Part shown: piece by piece, positions 21,001-30,766 of the stretch
How positions within the stretch are numbered: the stretch's first letter is position 1
Layout: the number at the start of each line of letters is the position of its first letter
Virus record (IMG/VR): IMGVR_UViG_3300044701_002547
Coordinates: 1 to 64,000 of that record
From: a virus
Reading direction: 5' to 3' (one strand)
DNA length: 64,000 nt
Notes under the pieces: generated by a model
Databases searched by the model: none
What the model was told of the DNA's origin: nothing
Seen by the model: the letters and a program-made list of their open reading frames with translations, nothing else
Made by a program: the position numbers and the translations under genes

Positions 21001-23053
21001 TAATTTAACTACTGGTTCTATCTTCTCAGTTAATGATGTTTCTGGTATTCCAAGTATTGATGTAAATGCTGATGGAACAATTCAACTTGCACCTTATAGT
21101 GGAAATACTGGAGTTGGAACCACAAACCCAACACAAAAATTAGATGTATCTGGAAACCTAAGACTTCGTGGAGCTCTTTATGATTTTAATAATCAGGTAG
21201 GTGCTGCTGGTTCAGTTCTCGTCTCAACTGGTGCTGGAGTGAGTTGGTCTTCTGCTGGGGCAGGATCACAAGGAATCCAGGGTATTCAAGGAATTCAGGG
21301 TATCCAAGGAACTCAGGGTACTCAAGGAATTCAGGGCATTCAAGGTCGCCAGGGAATCCAAGGAACACAGGGTACTCAAGGCACTCAGGGAACTCAAGGA
21401 ATCCAGGGTATTCAGGGAACACAAGGTACTCAAGGTACTCAAGGAATCCAGGGTACTCAGGGAACTCAAGGAATCCAAGGAACTCAGGGTACTCAGGGAA
21501 CTCAAGGAATCCAAGGAATCCAGGGTATTCAAGGTCGTCAAGGAATCCAAGGAACTCAGGGAACTCAAGGAATCCAGGGTATTCAGGGAACACAAGGTAC
21601 TCAAGGTACTCAAGGAATCCAGGGTACTCAGGGAACTCAAGGAATCCAAGGAACTCAGGGTACTCAGGGAACTCAAGGAATCCAAGGAATCCAGGGTATT
21701 CAAGGTCGTCAAGGAATCCAAGGAACTCAGGGAACTCAAGGAATCCAGGGCATCCAAGGAACTCAGGGAACTCAAGGAATCCAGGGCATCCAAGGAACTC
21801 AGGGAACTCAGGGAATACAAGGTACTCAGGGAACTCAAGGTACTCAAGGTATTCAGGGCATCCAAGGAACACAAGGAACACAAGGAACACAAGGTACTCA
21901 AGGAATCCAGGGCATCCAAGGTATTCAGGGATCTAGTAATACATCATCTTGGAGTAAAAAGACAACAACTTATACTGCTGTAACTGGCGATCAACTGATT
22001 GCTGATACTTCTGGTGGTGCATTTACAATCACTCTTCCAGCATCACCAACAACAGGAAACTCTGTAAGAATTGCTGATGGTGCTGATTGGGAAACAAATA
22101 ATCTCACAATTGGTCGTAACAGTTCCACGATTGAAGGTGGAACAGAAGACTTTGTACTTGACATCAAAGGTATTACAGTTGATTTCATTTATGATGGAAC
22201 AACTTGGGAAGTTTATGCAAATGTTGGACCAAAAGGACAAACAGGAGCAGCCGCAGTATATAATACTGGAATTACAACATCCATTTATGTTTCAGTAACC
22301 TCAGGTATTGCGACTGGTATTGGCGGTGCTGGTATTTCAACAGCAGATTCTCAAAGAAATAGAAATAATGACATCTTTATTGGACCAGGAATTGCTTATT
22401 CATTCCCATCAACTGCTGGTAAAAAATATATCGTTGAGTCAATTCACTTCACAAACGTCTTTAGTAATGAACTTTATCTGTCCGCAAGACAAGACTTCTT
22501 TCAATCCTCAAATAACTGGTTGAACGTTCCAATGGCACAAAGAGTGATTGTTCCTTATCAAGGCGCAACAGAGTTATTATTCAATCAACCAATTATTGCC
22601 AATCCATCAGACATTCTTCGTTTCCAAGCACTTGCAGGAGTAGGAACAACTGCTGCTGGTGTTGATGGTGGATTAGATGCGTTTATTGTTTATTCGGAGA
22701 AATTTGATACAAACTATGTTGGTGTCGGTTCAACAGTTACGTCTTCAAGTGGAACTGAGATTTATACTTCAACAACTTATCCAACTACAGTTCAATCAGT
22801 TCGTATTATCAATTACAATTTGAATATTGATATTGATGCTTCAGTATCCATTTATCGTGGAGGAACTGTAGGAGGTATTGTAACCACGGGTGTTCGTCAA
22901 GGATACTTAGCATATAATATGACTATACCTAAAAATAGTGTGGTTGAAATACTTGATAAGGCAAAATACCTTGCGACAAACGATAGTATTGTTGCAGTTG
23001 CTTCTACAATTAATTCAATTGCCGTTTGTGTTTCTGGTAAAAAGATAGTATAA
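18092..23053 (+). CDS. Collagen-like tail fibre protein 2 (1653 aa)
   Basis: N-terminal GTGPNQVPLNCMLGNLAFQD; three GXQ blocks; VGIGTTNP repeats; DTSGGAFTITLPASPTTG domain. Confidence 0.9.
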   Translation: MANLYGTGPNQVPLNCMLGNLAFQDKAYVSVDKVGIGTTFVDSGTSGQILQVYGGGAFISGSVGIGTTNPSQLLDVNGNIRLRAGLYDINNQVGTATSVLTSTGAGVSWVPIATAALQGLQGIQGIQGRQGIQGTQGTQGIQGIQGTQGTQGIQGTQGTQGTQGIQGIQGTQGTQGTQGTQGTQGIQGIQGTQGTQGIQGTQGTQGTQGIQGIQGIQGTQGTQGTQGIQGTQGIQGIQGTRGTQGTQGTQGTQGIQGTQGTQGTQGIQGIQGTQGTQGTQGTQGIQGTQGTQGTQGTQGIQGTQGTQGIQGIQGTQGTQGTQGTQGTQGIQGIQGTQGTQGTQGTQGTQGIQGIQGTQGTQGIQGIQGTQGTQGTQGIQGIQGRQGIQGTQGTQGIQGTQGTQGTQGIQGIQGITGPVAGSANQVVYKDGSNNPTGSANLTFDGTTLQHGGPAGTGIGINSNTITGPSQITIDPAAIGNDTGAVRIKGDLYVDGTQFVVNSTTIELADAQVGIATTVGTNILLDGAGIGIGSIGIRKTITWNNTASALTSSEDWNVASGKQYEIAGTSVLSETTLGTGVTISNIRSANPGLIFDRSEVSPTSNDYLLYVTNDGTTLRKATIQNAALQGVQGIQGRQGIQGTQGSQGIQGIQGTQGTQGTQGIQGRQGIQGTQGTQGIQGTQGTQGTQGIQGTQGTQGTQGIQGTQGTQGTQGIQGIQGTQGTQGTQGTQGTQGIQGIQGTQGTQGTQGTQGTQGTQGTQGIQGIQGTQGTQGTQGIQGTQGTQGTQGIQGIQGIQGRQGIQGTQGTQGTQGTQGIQGIQGIQGTQGTQGIQGTQGTQGIQGIQGIQGRQGIQGTQGTQGTQGTQGIQGTQGTQGIQGIQGIQGIQGIQGANNGGFTVTNTTTNTTAYIGFVTVTSGVSTILGVGNTLLQFNPSTGALGIGTVIDIVPYDTLNSGTLSWEGSAGQLFSITNNLTTGSIFSVNDVSGIPSIDVNADGTIQLAPYSGNTGVGTTNPTQKLDVSGNLRLRGALYDFNNQVGAAGSVLVSTGAGVSWSSAGAGSQGIQGIQGIQGIQGTQGTQGIQGIQGRQGIQGTQGTQGTQGTQGIQGIQGTQGTQGTQGIQGTQGTQGIQGTQGTQGTQGIQGIQGIQGRQGIQGTQGTQGIQGIQGTQGTQGTQGIQGTQGTQGIQGTQGTQGTQGIQGIQGIQGRQGIQGTQGTQGIQGIQGTQGTQGIQGIQGTQGTQGIQGTQGTQGTQGIQGIQGTQGTQGTQGTQGIQGIQGIQGSSNTSSWSKKTTTYTAVTGDQLIADTSGGAFTITLPASPTTGNSVRIADGADWETNNLTIGRNSSTIEGGTEDFVLDIKGITVDFIYDGTTWEVYANVGPKGQTGAAAVYNTGITTSIYVSVTSGIATGIGGAGISTADSQRNRNNDIFIGPGIAYSFPSTAGKKYIVESIHFTNVFSNELYLSARQDFFQSSNNWLNVPMAQRVIVPYQGATELLFNQPIIANPSDILRFQALAGVGTTAAGVDGGLDAFIVYSEKFDTNYVGVGSTVTSSSGTEIYTSTTYPTTVQSVRIINYNLNIDIDASVSIYRGGTVGGIVTTGVRQGYLAYNMTIPKNSVVEILDKAKYLATNDSIVAVASTINSIAVCVSGKKIV
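18446..19327 (+). repeat. Collagen-like GXQ block, 98 triplets
   Basis: 882 nt; contains one GTR variant. Confidence 0.95.
19973..20755 (+). repeat. Collagen-like GXQ block, 87 triplets
   Basis: 783 nt. Confidence 0.95.
21263..21928 (+). repeat. Collagen-like GXQ block, 74 triplets
   Basis: 666 nt; contains a long internal near-exact duplication. Confidence 0.95.
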
Positions 23054-23076
23054 TAACCTAAAAGACTGAAGATATT

Positions 23077-23736
23077 ATGTCTGTATTGATTGCAATGCCT
23101 TGTTATGGTGGAATGGTAAGTGATAAAACTGCTAAAGGTCTATTCAATCTTGGAAAAGAATTGAGAACTGCAGGAGTAGATCACGGACTTTTGACGATGG
23201 CAAATGAAAGTCTTGTAACGAAAGCAAGGTCCAGAATTGCAAACTTTTTTATGAATAACACAGAGTATGAGTATATTCTGTTTATTGATGCTGATGTTGG
23301 ATTTACACCTGAAGATGTCTTCAGGTTATTTGAGAGTCGCAAAGATATTGTATGTGGTGCATATCCAATGAAAGGAATTCCACTTCGCTATAATTATAAT
23401 ATCTCACAACCAGAAGTCAAAGAAGGAGACTTAGTAAAAATTGAAAATATTGGATTTGGTTTTGCTTTGATTCATCGCAAAGTGTTTGAGAGTATTTCTC
23501 ATAAATATGGTGAAGAGTTGAAATATTATCCCGCAACGAATAATAGTTCTTATCCACCAACGGAAAAAGAGTTTCATAATTCCTATCACTACTTTCTGGA
23601 ACTGAAAAAAGATATGAGTTACTTACCAGAAGATTTTTCTTTTTTTGAAAGGGCAAAGAGTGTAGGTTATGAAACTTGGTTGAATACTTCTATAAAATTA
23701 GCACACGTCGGTTCTCACGTTTATCAAGAAGAGTAA
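23077..23736 (+). CDS. GT-A fold glycosyltransferase
   Basis: IAMPCYGG...ILFIDAD (DxD)...GFGFALIHRKVF...LPEDFSF...LAHVG. Confidence 0.85.
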   Translation: MSVLIAMPCYGGMVSDKTAKGLFNLGKELRTAGVDHGLLTMANESLVTKARSRIANFFMNNTEYEYILFIDADVGFTPEDVFRLFESRKDIVCGAYPMKGIPLRYNYNISQPEVKEGDLVKIENIGFGFALIHRKVFESISHKYGEELKYYPATNNSSYPPTEKEFHNSYHYFLELKKDMSYLPEDFSFFERAKSVGYETWLNTSIKLAHVGSHVYQEE

Positions 23737-23739
23737 GAA

Positions 23740-25602
23740 ATGACACAAGGAGTTTTTGGTCTCAAAAAGGTTTATAAGAAACAGTATGAGAATGTAACGA
23801 ACAAAAACTTCGCAAGTTGGCCCGAGAGTGCGACTTATGGATACTTTGGTGGTGGTATTATTGCATCTCCACCACCATCATCTAATTTTTGGATAAGCAC
23901 CATCAGTCGTCTTGATTTTTCTAATGAAACCGTTAGTAATCCAGGAAAGAACTTACCTTCAATAAGATCTGGTTTAGCAGCAGTCTTAAGTAGTTTTTAT
24001 GGTTACTTTGGTGGTGGTTCTACTCCTACTCTCATAAGCACCATCAGTCGTCTTGATTTCTCTAATGAAATCGTCAGTGATCCAGGAAATAATTTACCTT
24101 CAGGAAGAAGTAATTTAGCAGCGATCTCAAGTAGTTCTTATGGTTACTTTGGTGGTGGTGGTATAAACACAATAACCCGTCTTGATTTTTCAAATGAAAC
24201 CGTCAGTGATCCTGGTAAGAACTTACCAAGTACAAGAAGTGGATTAGCAGCAGTCTTAAGTAGTTCTTATGGTTATTTTGGTGGAGGTACTAATCCTACT
24301 CCTGCTCTTATAAACACCATCAGTCGTCTTGATTTCTCAAATGAAACCGTTAGTGATCTAGGAAACAATTTACCTTCATCAATAAGTGAGTTAGCAGGAA
24401 CCTCAAGTAGTTCTTATGGTTACTTTGGTGGAGGTAGTAATCCTGGATCCACGAACAATATCAGTCGTCTTGATTTCTCTAATGAAACCAATAGTCTTCC
24501 AGGAAACAATTTACCTTCAGCAAGACCTAGATTAACAGCAACCTCAAGTAGTTCTTATGGTTACTTTGGTGGCGGTGGTATTCCTCCTACTAGTGGTCTA
24601 GTAAGCACCATCAGTCGTCTTGATTTCTCTAACGAAACCAATAGTCTTCCAGGAAACAATTTACCTTCAGCAAGATATAGTTTAGCAGCAGTCTCAAATA
24701 CCGCAAAGTTTCCCAGAGTGGGCAATAAGACTTATGGGTATTTTGGTGGTGGAAGATTAGGTATTGTTGGTGGAACATATGTTTCTACTATCAATAAACT
24801 TGATTTTTCTACAGAGTCTTCAACTGATATTCCCGAAAGATTACCCACAGATTTAAGTTTTGTTGCAGTTGTAAGTGATTCAAATAATGCATATTTTGGT
24901 GGTGGATTTACTGGTGCTGTGATTATTTCTAATATAACACGGTTTAGTTTTTCTAATGATACTGACTCGTCTATTTCAAATTTACCTGCAGCAAGAAGTG
25001 CTTTAGCAGCAGTCTCAAGTAGTTCTTATGGTTATTTTTGTGGGGGTGCTTCTCCTTCCCCTCCTATTGTAAATACCATTACTCGTCTTGATTTTTCCAG
25101 TGAAACCGTCAGTAATCCAGGAAACAATTTACCTTCATCAAGATCAGAATTAACTGCAACTGAAAGTAGTACTTATGGTTATATTGTTGGTGGGGATCCT
25201 GGAAATCAAACTACAATAAGTAGATTAGACTTTTCTACAGAAGTAAATAGTCTTCCTACAAATAATTTGATAGGAGGAAGAGCAAGATTTAGTTCGGTTT
25301 CAAATGGTCTATACGGGTATTTTGGTGGTGGTGATTCTCCTCCAGGTGCTATAGTTAATACCATACAAAGACTTGACTTTACAACAGAAGTTACAAGTAA
25401 TCCTCCAGCAAATTTACCGAGTGTTAGACGATCTACATCATCTGCTTCAGGTACTTCTTATGGATATTTTGCTGGAGGTTTTACTCCACCCTTTAGAGAT
25501 ATTATTACTCGTTTTGATTTTTCAAATGAAGTTTGTAGCAATCCTCCTGTGGTATTACCTTTTGATAGATCTGCTATGGGTGGAACTGCAAACTCAAACT
25601 AA
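23740..25602 (+). CDS. Kelch-like double beta-propeller protein K1 (12 blades)
   Basis: 12 x YGYFGGG-loop-I(S/T)RLDFSNET...LPSxR; ends ANSN. Confidence 0.88.
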   Translation: MTQGVFGLKKVYKKQYENVTNKNFASWPESATYGYFGGGIIASPPPSSNFWISTISRLDFSNETVSNPGKNLPSIRSGLAAVLSSFYGYFGGGSTPTLISTISRLDFSNEIVSDPGNNLPSGRSNLAAISSSSYGYFGGGGINTITRLDFSNETVSDPGKNLPSTRSGLAAVLSSSYGYFGGGTNPTPALINTISRLDFSNETVSDLGNNLPSSISELAGTSSSSYGYFGGGSNPGSTNNISRLDFSNETNSLPGNNLPSARPRLTATSSSSYGYFGGGGIPPTSGLVSTISRLDFSNETNSLPGNNLPSARYSLAAVSNTAKFPRVGNKTYGYFGGGRLGIVGGTYVSTINKLDFSTESSTDIPERLPTDLSFVAVVSDSNNAYFGGGFTGAVIISNITRFSFSNDTDSSISNLPAARSALAAVSSSSYGYFCGGASPSPPIVNTITRLDFSSETVSNPGNNLPSSRSELTATESSTYGYIVGGDPGNQTTISRLDFSTEVNSLPTNNLIGGRARFSSVSNGLYGYFGGGDSPPGAIVNTIQRLDFTTEVTSNPPANLPSVRRSTSSASGTSYGYFAGGFTPPFRDIITRFDFSNEVCSNPPVVLPFDRSAMGGTANSN

Positions 25603-25626
25603 ATAAGACATCTACATTATTCTTAT

Positions 25627-27204
25627 ATGAAATCTGGAGCAACTGAAAGTTCTTTTTATTATCTCAATCAATATTATACAATTCCAAATAATGTTGAAAT
25701 CTCAAGAAGTATAGAAGAATTAGCACAATCAAAGAAGCAATATAAAATTCTGTGGGCCCACGATAACTGCGATCAACCACAACTCTTAAGACTTCCAGAG
25801 TTAGTATCGCAGATTGATCGTATTGTTTGTGTCTCTAACTGGGAAAGAGAGCAATACATCAAGTATAACCGAGCACCAGCAGAAAAAATCACAGTCATCC
25901 CAAATGGTGTGGATGAGATGTTCCGTCCATCAGGAAAACCAAAATCAAAGACCTGTATCTTCTTTTCTGCTCCTCATAAGGGTATCACACCATTAGTACC
26001 CATCTGGAAAGAAGTCATCAAACATCATCCAGATGCAAAACTCAAGGTGTTTTCTTCAATGTCTCTTTATGGTGCAATTCAACCAGGAGAAGGAGAAAAT
26101 GAGACCATCACAACTGAGAATGGACTAGAGCCTTCACCATTCATTTCCATCTACAAGGAACTCCAGGCACTTCCAGGTGTGGAGTATTCACCTTGTATTG
26201 ACCGTGAAGATTTACTACCTCATATTCAGGATGCTGCATTTTATATTCACCCAAATGTATGGGAAGAAACCTTCTGTGTCTCATTAGCGGAGGCAATGAG
26301 TTGTGGTTGCTTCCCTATCACAACCGATATGGGAGCACTTCCAGAGACATCATTTGGAAGAGGGAAGTATATTCCGATGTCGGGGCAGAATACTCCAAGA
26401 GGTTGGTTGCCTGATGATACATTTCACCAAAACTTTGCGAAAGAAATTATTCAGGCACTTTCATTTTTTGATAAAGAACCAGAGACTTTTTATGCTGCGA
26501 CAAATGACCTAGCATCTCTAGCAATTCATCATTACAACTGGAAAACAATCGCTAGAGATTGGAGTGAATTGATTGAGGTTGTTACAAAACGAGCAGTTTA
26601 TATTGATGATGAATATATCTTCAACGAAGTTTATCATAAGAATGAATATGGTATTGAAACCTTTGCTCCTGATGATATTGTAATTGATATTGGAGCACAT
26701 AAAGGATACTTCACGAAGTTGTGTATGGATATGGGATGTAAGAACATTCATTCCTTTGAACCAGAACCAAATAACTTTGAGTCACTCATTCACAATCTCA
26801 AGGACTATAAACACTTTCAACCTTATAATCTAGCAGTCTCTGATAAGAAGGGGCAAAAAAATCTTACGGTCGTGAAAGGATGTAACACAGGTCTTCATTC
26901 ATTTTATCAACCAAGAGGTATTCCAGTCACAGTTTCAACCATAGGGTTGGATGATATACTCGCACATTTTTCTAAAGTATCTCTAATCAAGATTGATACT
27001 GAAGGTTCAGAGTTTGAAATTCTTTTCAATTCAAAGTTACTTAGCAAAGTCAATAAAATCGTTGGTGAATATCACAACAATATTACCTCACATAATCTTG
27101 AAGACTTGAAAAAATATCTGGAAGAAAAAAACTTTGAAGTTAGTATTACAAGAAAGTTCAATGAGAATAGCGGCATTTTTGTTGCGATAAATAATAAAAA
27201 ATGA
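25627..27204 (+). CDS. GT-B (GT4-like) glycosyltransferase fused to FkbM-family methyltransferase
   Basis: VIPNGVD...EETFCVSLAEAMSCG (E-x7-E); C-terminal VIDIGAHKG...FEPEP...IKIDTEGSEFEIL. Confidence 0.9.
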   Translation: MKSGATESSFYYLNQYYTIPNNVEISRSIEELAQSKKQYKILWAHDNCDQPQLLRLPELVSQIDRIVCVSNWEREQYIKYNRAPAEKITVIPNGVDEMFRPSGKPKSKTCIFFSAPHKGITPLVPIWKEVIKHHPDAKLKVFSSMSLYGAIQPGEGENETITTENGLEPSPFISIYKELQALPGVEYSPCIDREDLLPHIQDAAFYIHPNVWEETFCVSLAEAMSCGCFPITTDMGALPETSFGRGKYIPMSGQNTPRGWLPDDTFHQNFAKEIIQALSFFDKEPETFYAATNDLASLAIHHYNWKTIARDWSELIEVVTKRAVYIDDEYIFNEVYHKNEYGIETFAPDDIVIDIGAHKGYFTKLCMDMGCKNIHSFEPEPNNFESLIHNLKDYKHFQPYNLAVSDKKGQKNLTVVKGCNTGLHSFYQPRGIPVTVSTIGLDDILAHFSKVSLIKIDTEGSEFEILFNSKLLSKVNKIVGEYHNNITSHNLEDLKKYLEEKNFEVSITRKFNENSGIFVAINNKK

Positions 27205-28061
27205 AACTGAAGAATACTATGTCTAATAACTATGAAGCAATTGCTCTTGCGACTTCTAAGGAAGTTCTAGATGACAGTAATGAGTTTATGCTGAAAGTTC
27301 TCAACGAAGCAAATCGTTGGACTGAAAGTGAAACAGAACTCGCACAAGGACGCTCTGATTTTCAGATTGAAAAGTTTATCATTCACGATAACTTTACACT
27401 TCCTTCCGCATTCAAGGCAGCAATTATCAATCGTAGAAGCGTAGCAGAAGGACTACTCCAACAAATCATTGAAGCAAAAAGAGCAGCAAGAGAGTTTTAT
27501 TATAAGTGGGAAGGAAAGGATAAGACTCAACCAATCTGGTGGAAAAATCGTCAAGGTGGTGAAGAACTCACTTGGTATGATATTGATGAATTTCATTTTC
27601 ACAGAATGCTTGAAGGACTCAATCGTGGTTTCAAGTCTTCAGTAGAAGAACTTGAATGCTTTGATAAACTTATCAATCGTCTTGTTGAATTGAATGGTGG
27701 TCAGTTAGTTTCTCGTGACCAATATAATGCAGACCAACCAAACTACTGGGAACGCAGACTTGCAAATCAATCTCTTGATGACCTACTTGCTGCAAAGACT
27801 GGCGTAAATGCTGGTAATATTCGTTCTATGAGACGCGCAAGTGCCCCTACGGTTCTTCCTGATGATGTGAATAGAACCAAAGGAACTTTTGGAGATCCTA
27901 ACAATCCTCTTGATTTCCTGAACGCACTTCAGCAAAATGTTGCTGCTGGTATTGAAGAGATTACTGGTATGGATAAAGCACTTCTTTCGGGTATTGAAGA
28001 GAAAGAAGAAGCAAAACAAATCACAAGTTCGTTATTCAATCAAGACCTCAAACTAGAGTAA
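27201..28061 (+). CDS. Hypothetical helical/coiled-coil protein
   Basis: 286-aa ORF, GRSDFQIEKF...YWERRLANQ; start may be the ATG at 27219. Confidence 0.75.
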   Translation: MKLKNTMSNNYEAIALATSKEVLDDSNEFMLKVLNEANRWTESETELAQGRSDFQIEKFIIHDNFTLPSAFKAAIINRRSVAEGLLQQIIEAKRAAREFYYKWEGKDKTQPIWWKNRQGGEELTWYDIDEFHFHRMLEGLNRGFKSSVEELECFDKLINRLVELNGGQLVSRDQYNADQPNYWERRLANQSLDDLLAAKTGVNAGNIRSMRRASAPTVLPDDVNRTKGTFGDPNNPLDFLNALQQNVAAGIEEITGMDKALLSGIEEKEEAKQITSSLFNQDLKLE

Positions 28062-28062
28062 A

Positions 28063-29931
28063 ATGCCAAAGTTCGTAGGGGATGTTTTTGGACTGAATAA
28101 TGTTTATGATAAACAGATTCTCAATGTAGAACAGAAGAACTTTGCGAACTGGAGCGAGAGTGCGACTTATGGATACTTTGGAGGAGGTGGTACTCCTACT
28201 ATCACAGCCCTCATCAGTCGTCTTGATTTTTCTAATGAAACCAACAGTCTCCCAGGAAACAATTTACCTTCAGTAAGACTTGATTTGGCAGCAACCTCAA
28301 GTAGTTCTTATGGTTACTTTGGTGGTGGTGCTCCAACTCCTACTTCACAAATGAGCACTATCAGTCGTCTTGATTTCTCCAATGAAACCGTCAGTAATCC
28401 CGGTAATAACTTATCTCCAGCAAGAAGAAATTCAGCAGCAATCTCAAGTGGTTCTTATGGTTACTTTGGTGGTGGTTATTCTTTTCCCGCTACTTTTATA
28501 TGCACCATCACTCGTCTTGATTTCTCTAATGAAACAGTTAGTGATCCGGGAAAAAATTTACCTACAGTAAGAAGAGATTTATCAGCAACCTCAGATAATT
28601 CTTATGGATACTTTGCTGGTGGTGCTGTTCCTCCTGGTCCTACTTTTATATGCACCATCACTCGTCTTGATTTTTCCAATGAAACCGTCAGTAATCCTGG
28701 TAAGAACTTACCAACAATAAGATATATTTTAGCGGCGACTTCAAGTAATTCTTATGGTTACTTTGGTGGTGGTGCCATTGGTGCTGCTGGTCCTATTATA
28801 AACACCATCAGTCGTCTTGATTATTCTAATGAAACTGTCAGTAATCCTGGTAAGAACTTACCTGCAACAAGAGCATCATTAGCAGCAACCTCAAGTAGTT
28901 CTTTCGGTTACTTTGGTGGTGGTCTTACTCCTGCTATTATAAACACCATCAGTCGTCTTGATTTCTCTAATGAAACCAATAGTCTTCCAGGAAACAATTT
29001 ACCTTCAACAAGAGAATCTTTATCAGCAGTCTCAGGAGGTCAATCAGTTCTCAGAGGCAATAAGACTTATGGTTACTTTGGTGGTGGTTTTGGTCTTTCC
29101 ACCATAGACCGTTTAGATTTCTCTACAGAAACCGTCACAACTCCAACACCTAAGTTATCTCAAGCAAAAGTTGATCCAGGAACAACTTCAAGTAGTTTTT
29201 ATGGTTACTTTGGTGGTGGAGAACTTCCTACTCCTGCTCCTGTAAGCACCATTGATCGTCTTGATTTCTCTAATGAAACAGTCACAACTCCAAGTCCAAA
29301 GTTATCAATCGCAAGAGAAGCAAGTGCTGGAGTTTCAAATAGTTCTTATGGTTACTTTGGTGCTGGTAATTTTAGTTCTCTTATAGATCGTTTAGATTTT
29401 ACTACAGAAATCACAACAGTCGTAACACAAAGACTATCTCAATTGGGTGGTAGGTCAGCATCAGTCTCAAGTAGTTTTTATGGGTACTTTGGTGGGGGTA
29501 GTAATTCTGGTAATGCTACTGTTACCACCATAGAACGTTTAGATTTTTCTAATGAAATTATATCAACTCCAAGTTCTAAGTTATCTATAGACAGACGTGC
29601 TCTAACAGCAACTTCTAGTAGTTCTTTCGGGTACTTTGGTGGTGGTTATGCTCTTCCTACTGTTCCTACTAGAATTAATCGTTCTACTATAGATCGTTTA
29701 GATTTCTCCACAGAAACTGTATCAACTCCAAGTCCTAAGTTATCCCAATCAAAGTCATTTTTAGCGGCAACCTCAAGTAGTTCTTTCGGATACTTTGGTG
29801 GTGGTAATACTCCTACTGCTTCTGTTTCCACCAGAGATCGTTTAGATTTTTCTACAGAAACAGTATCAACTCCAAGTCCTAAATTATCTACAGCAAAATT
29901 ACAGTTATCAGCACTCTCAAACTCAAACTAA
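28063..29931 (+). CDS. Kelch-like double beta-propeller protein K2 (12 blades)
   Basis: 12 repeats as in K1; ends SNSN. Confidence 0.88.
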   Translation: MPKFVGDVFGLNNVYDKQILNVEQKNFANWSESATYGYFGGGGTPTITALISRLDFSNETNSLPGNNLPSVRLDLAATSSSSYGYFGGGAPTPTSQMSTISRLDFSNETVSNPGNNLSPARRNSAAISSGSYGYFGGGYSFPATFICTITRLDFSNETVSDPGKNLPTVRRDLSATSDNSYGYFAGGAVPPGPTFICTITRLDFSNETVSNPGKNLPTIRYILAATSSNSYGYFGGGAIGAAGPIINTISRLDYSNETVSNPGKNLPATRASLAATSSSSFGYFGGGLTPAIINTISRLDFSNETNSLPGNNLPSTRESLSAVSGGQSVLRGNKTYGYFGGGFGLSTIDRLDFSTETVTTPTPKLSQAKVDPGTTSSSFYGYFGGGELPTPAPVSTIDRLDFSNETVTTPSPKLSIAREASAGVSNSSYGYFGAGNFSSLIDRLDFTTEITTVVTQRLSQLGGRSASVSSSFYGYFGGGSNSGNATVTTIERLDFSNEIISTPSSKLSIDRRALTATSSSSFGYFGGGYALPTVPTRINRSTIDRLDFSTETVSTPSPKLSQSKSFLAATSSSSFGYFGGGNTPTASVSTRDRLDFSTETVSTPSPKLSTAKLQLSALSNSN

Positions 29932-29935
29932 TATT

Positions 29936-30766
29936 ATGAAAACCTTTTACTTTATGTCTGGACTTCCACGTTCAGGTTCCACACTCTTGACGGCACTACT
30001 CAATCAAAATTCAGAGATACACGCATCCACAAACTCTCCACTTCTGGATACGATACACTATACACAAGAATACCTTTTACATAACTCAGAACAATATAAG
30101 GCAACTCCAAATCCACAAGGAGCACATAAGGTTTTATCGTCCATACCTCATAACTATTATTTCAATACTCCACAGAATATTATTATTGATAAGTCAAGAG
30201 GTTGGGTCAATCAAATCCAACACATTACAGATTACATTACAAAAGATCCAAAGATTATTTGTCCCGTAAGGTCTATTCAGGATATTCTTTCATCGTTTCT
30301 TTTACTCATTCATAAAACTTCAAGAGTTTCTTTTATTGATGAAGCACTTCTTAGAAACAATCTTGAAATCACAAATGATAATCGTTGTGATTACCTAATG
30401 TCTCCTCAAGGTATTATCGGACAATCTTATCACGCACTTCAACAAGCATTCTCTAAAGGATATAGAAACAATATTCTGTTAGTGGAATATGATGACCTTA
30501 CAAGAAATCCACAACAAGAACTCAATCGTATCTATGAGTTTCTGGAATTACCTTCTTATTCTCATAGTTTTGGGAATGTCATTCCGAAGTGTGATGAGAA
30601 CGATGAGGTTTATAAGTTAGACAATATGCATACGGTAAGAAATAAGGTAGAGAAGATACATCGTGATAACTCAAAGTATCTTAGTGACTATGTTATGAAT
30701 AAATACAATCATATGGAGTTCTGGCGGCAAACAAGAACTTCTCAGTATTCTGTGTTCGGTTTATAA
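29936..30766 (+). CDS. Sulfotransferase
   Basis: GLPRSGSTLL 5'-PSB PAPS-binding loop; DKSRGW; CPVRS; YDDLTRNPQQELNRIYEFL. Confidence 0.92.
   Translation: MKTFYFMSGLPRSGSTLLTALLNQNSEIHASTNSPLLDTIHYTQEYLLHNSEQYKATPNPQGAHKVLSSIPHNYYFNTPQNIIIDKSRGWVNQIQHITDYITKDPKIICPVRSIQDILSSFLLLIHKTSRVSFIDEALLRNNLEITNDNRCDYLMSPQGIIGQSYHALQQAFSKGYRNNILLVEYDDLTRNPQQELNRIYEFLELPSYSHSFGNVIPKCDENDEVYKLDNMHTVRNKVEKIHRDNSKYLSDYVMNKYNHMEFWRQTRTSQYSVFGL

Noticed and set aside
18339-21936. Shadow ORFs over fibre 2 (including SRNSGY repeats)
   Set aside because: Same repeat artefact
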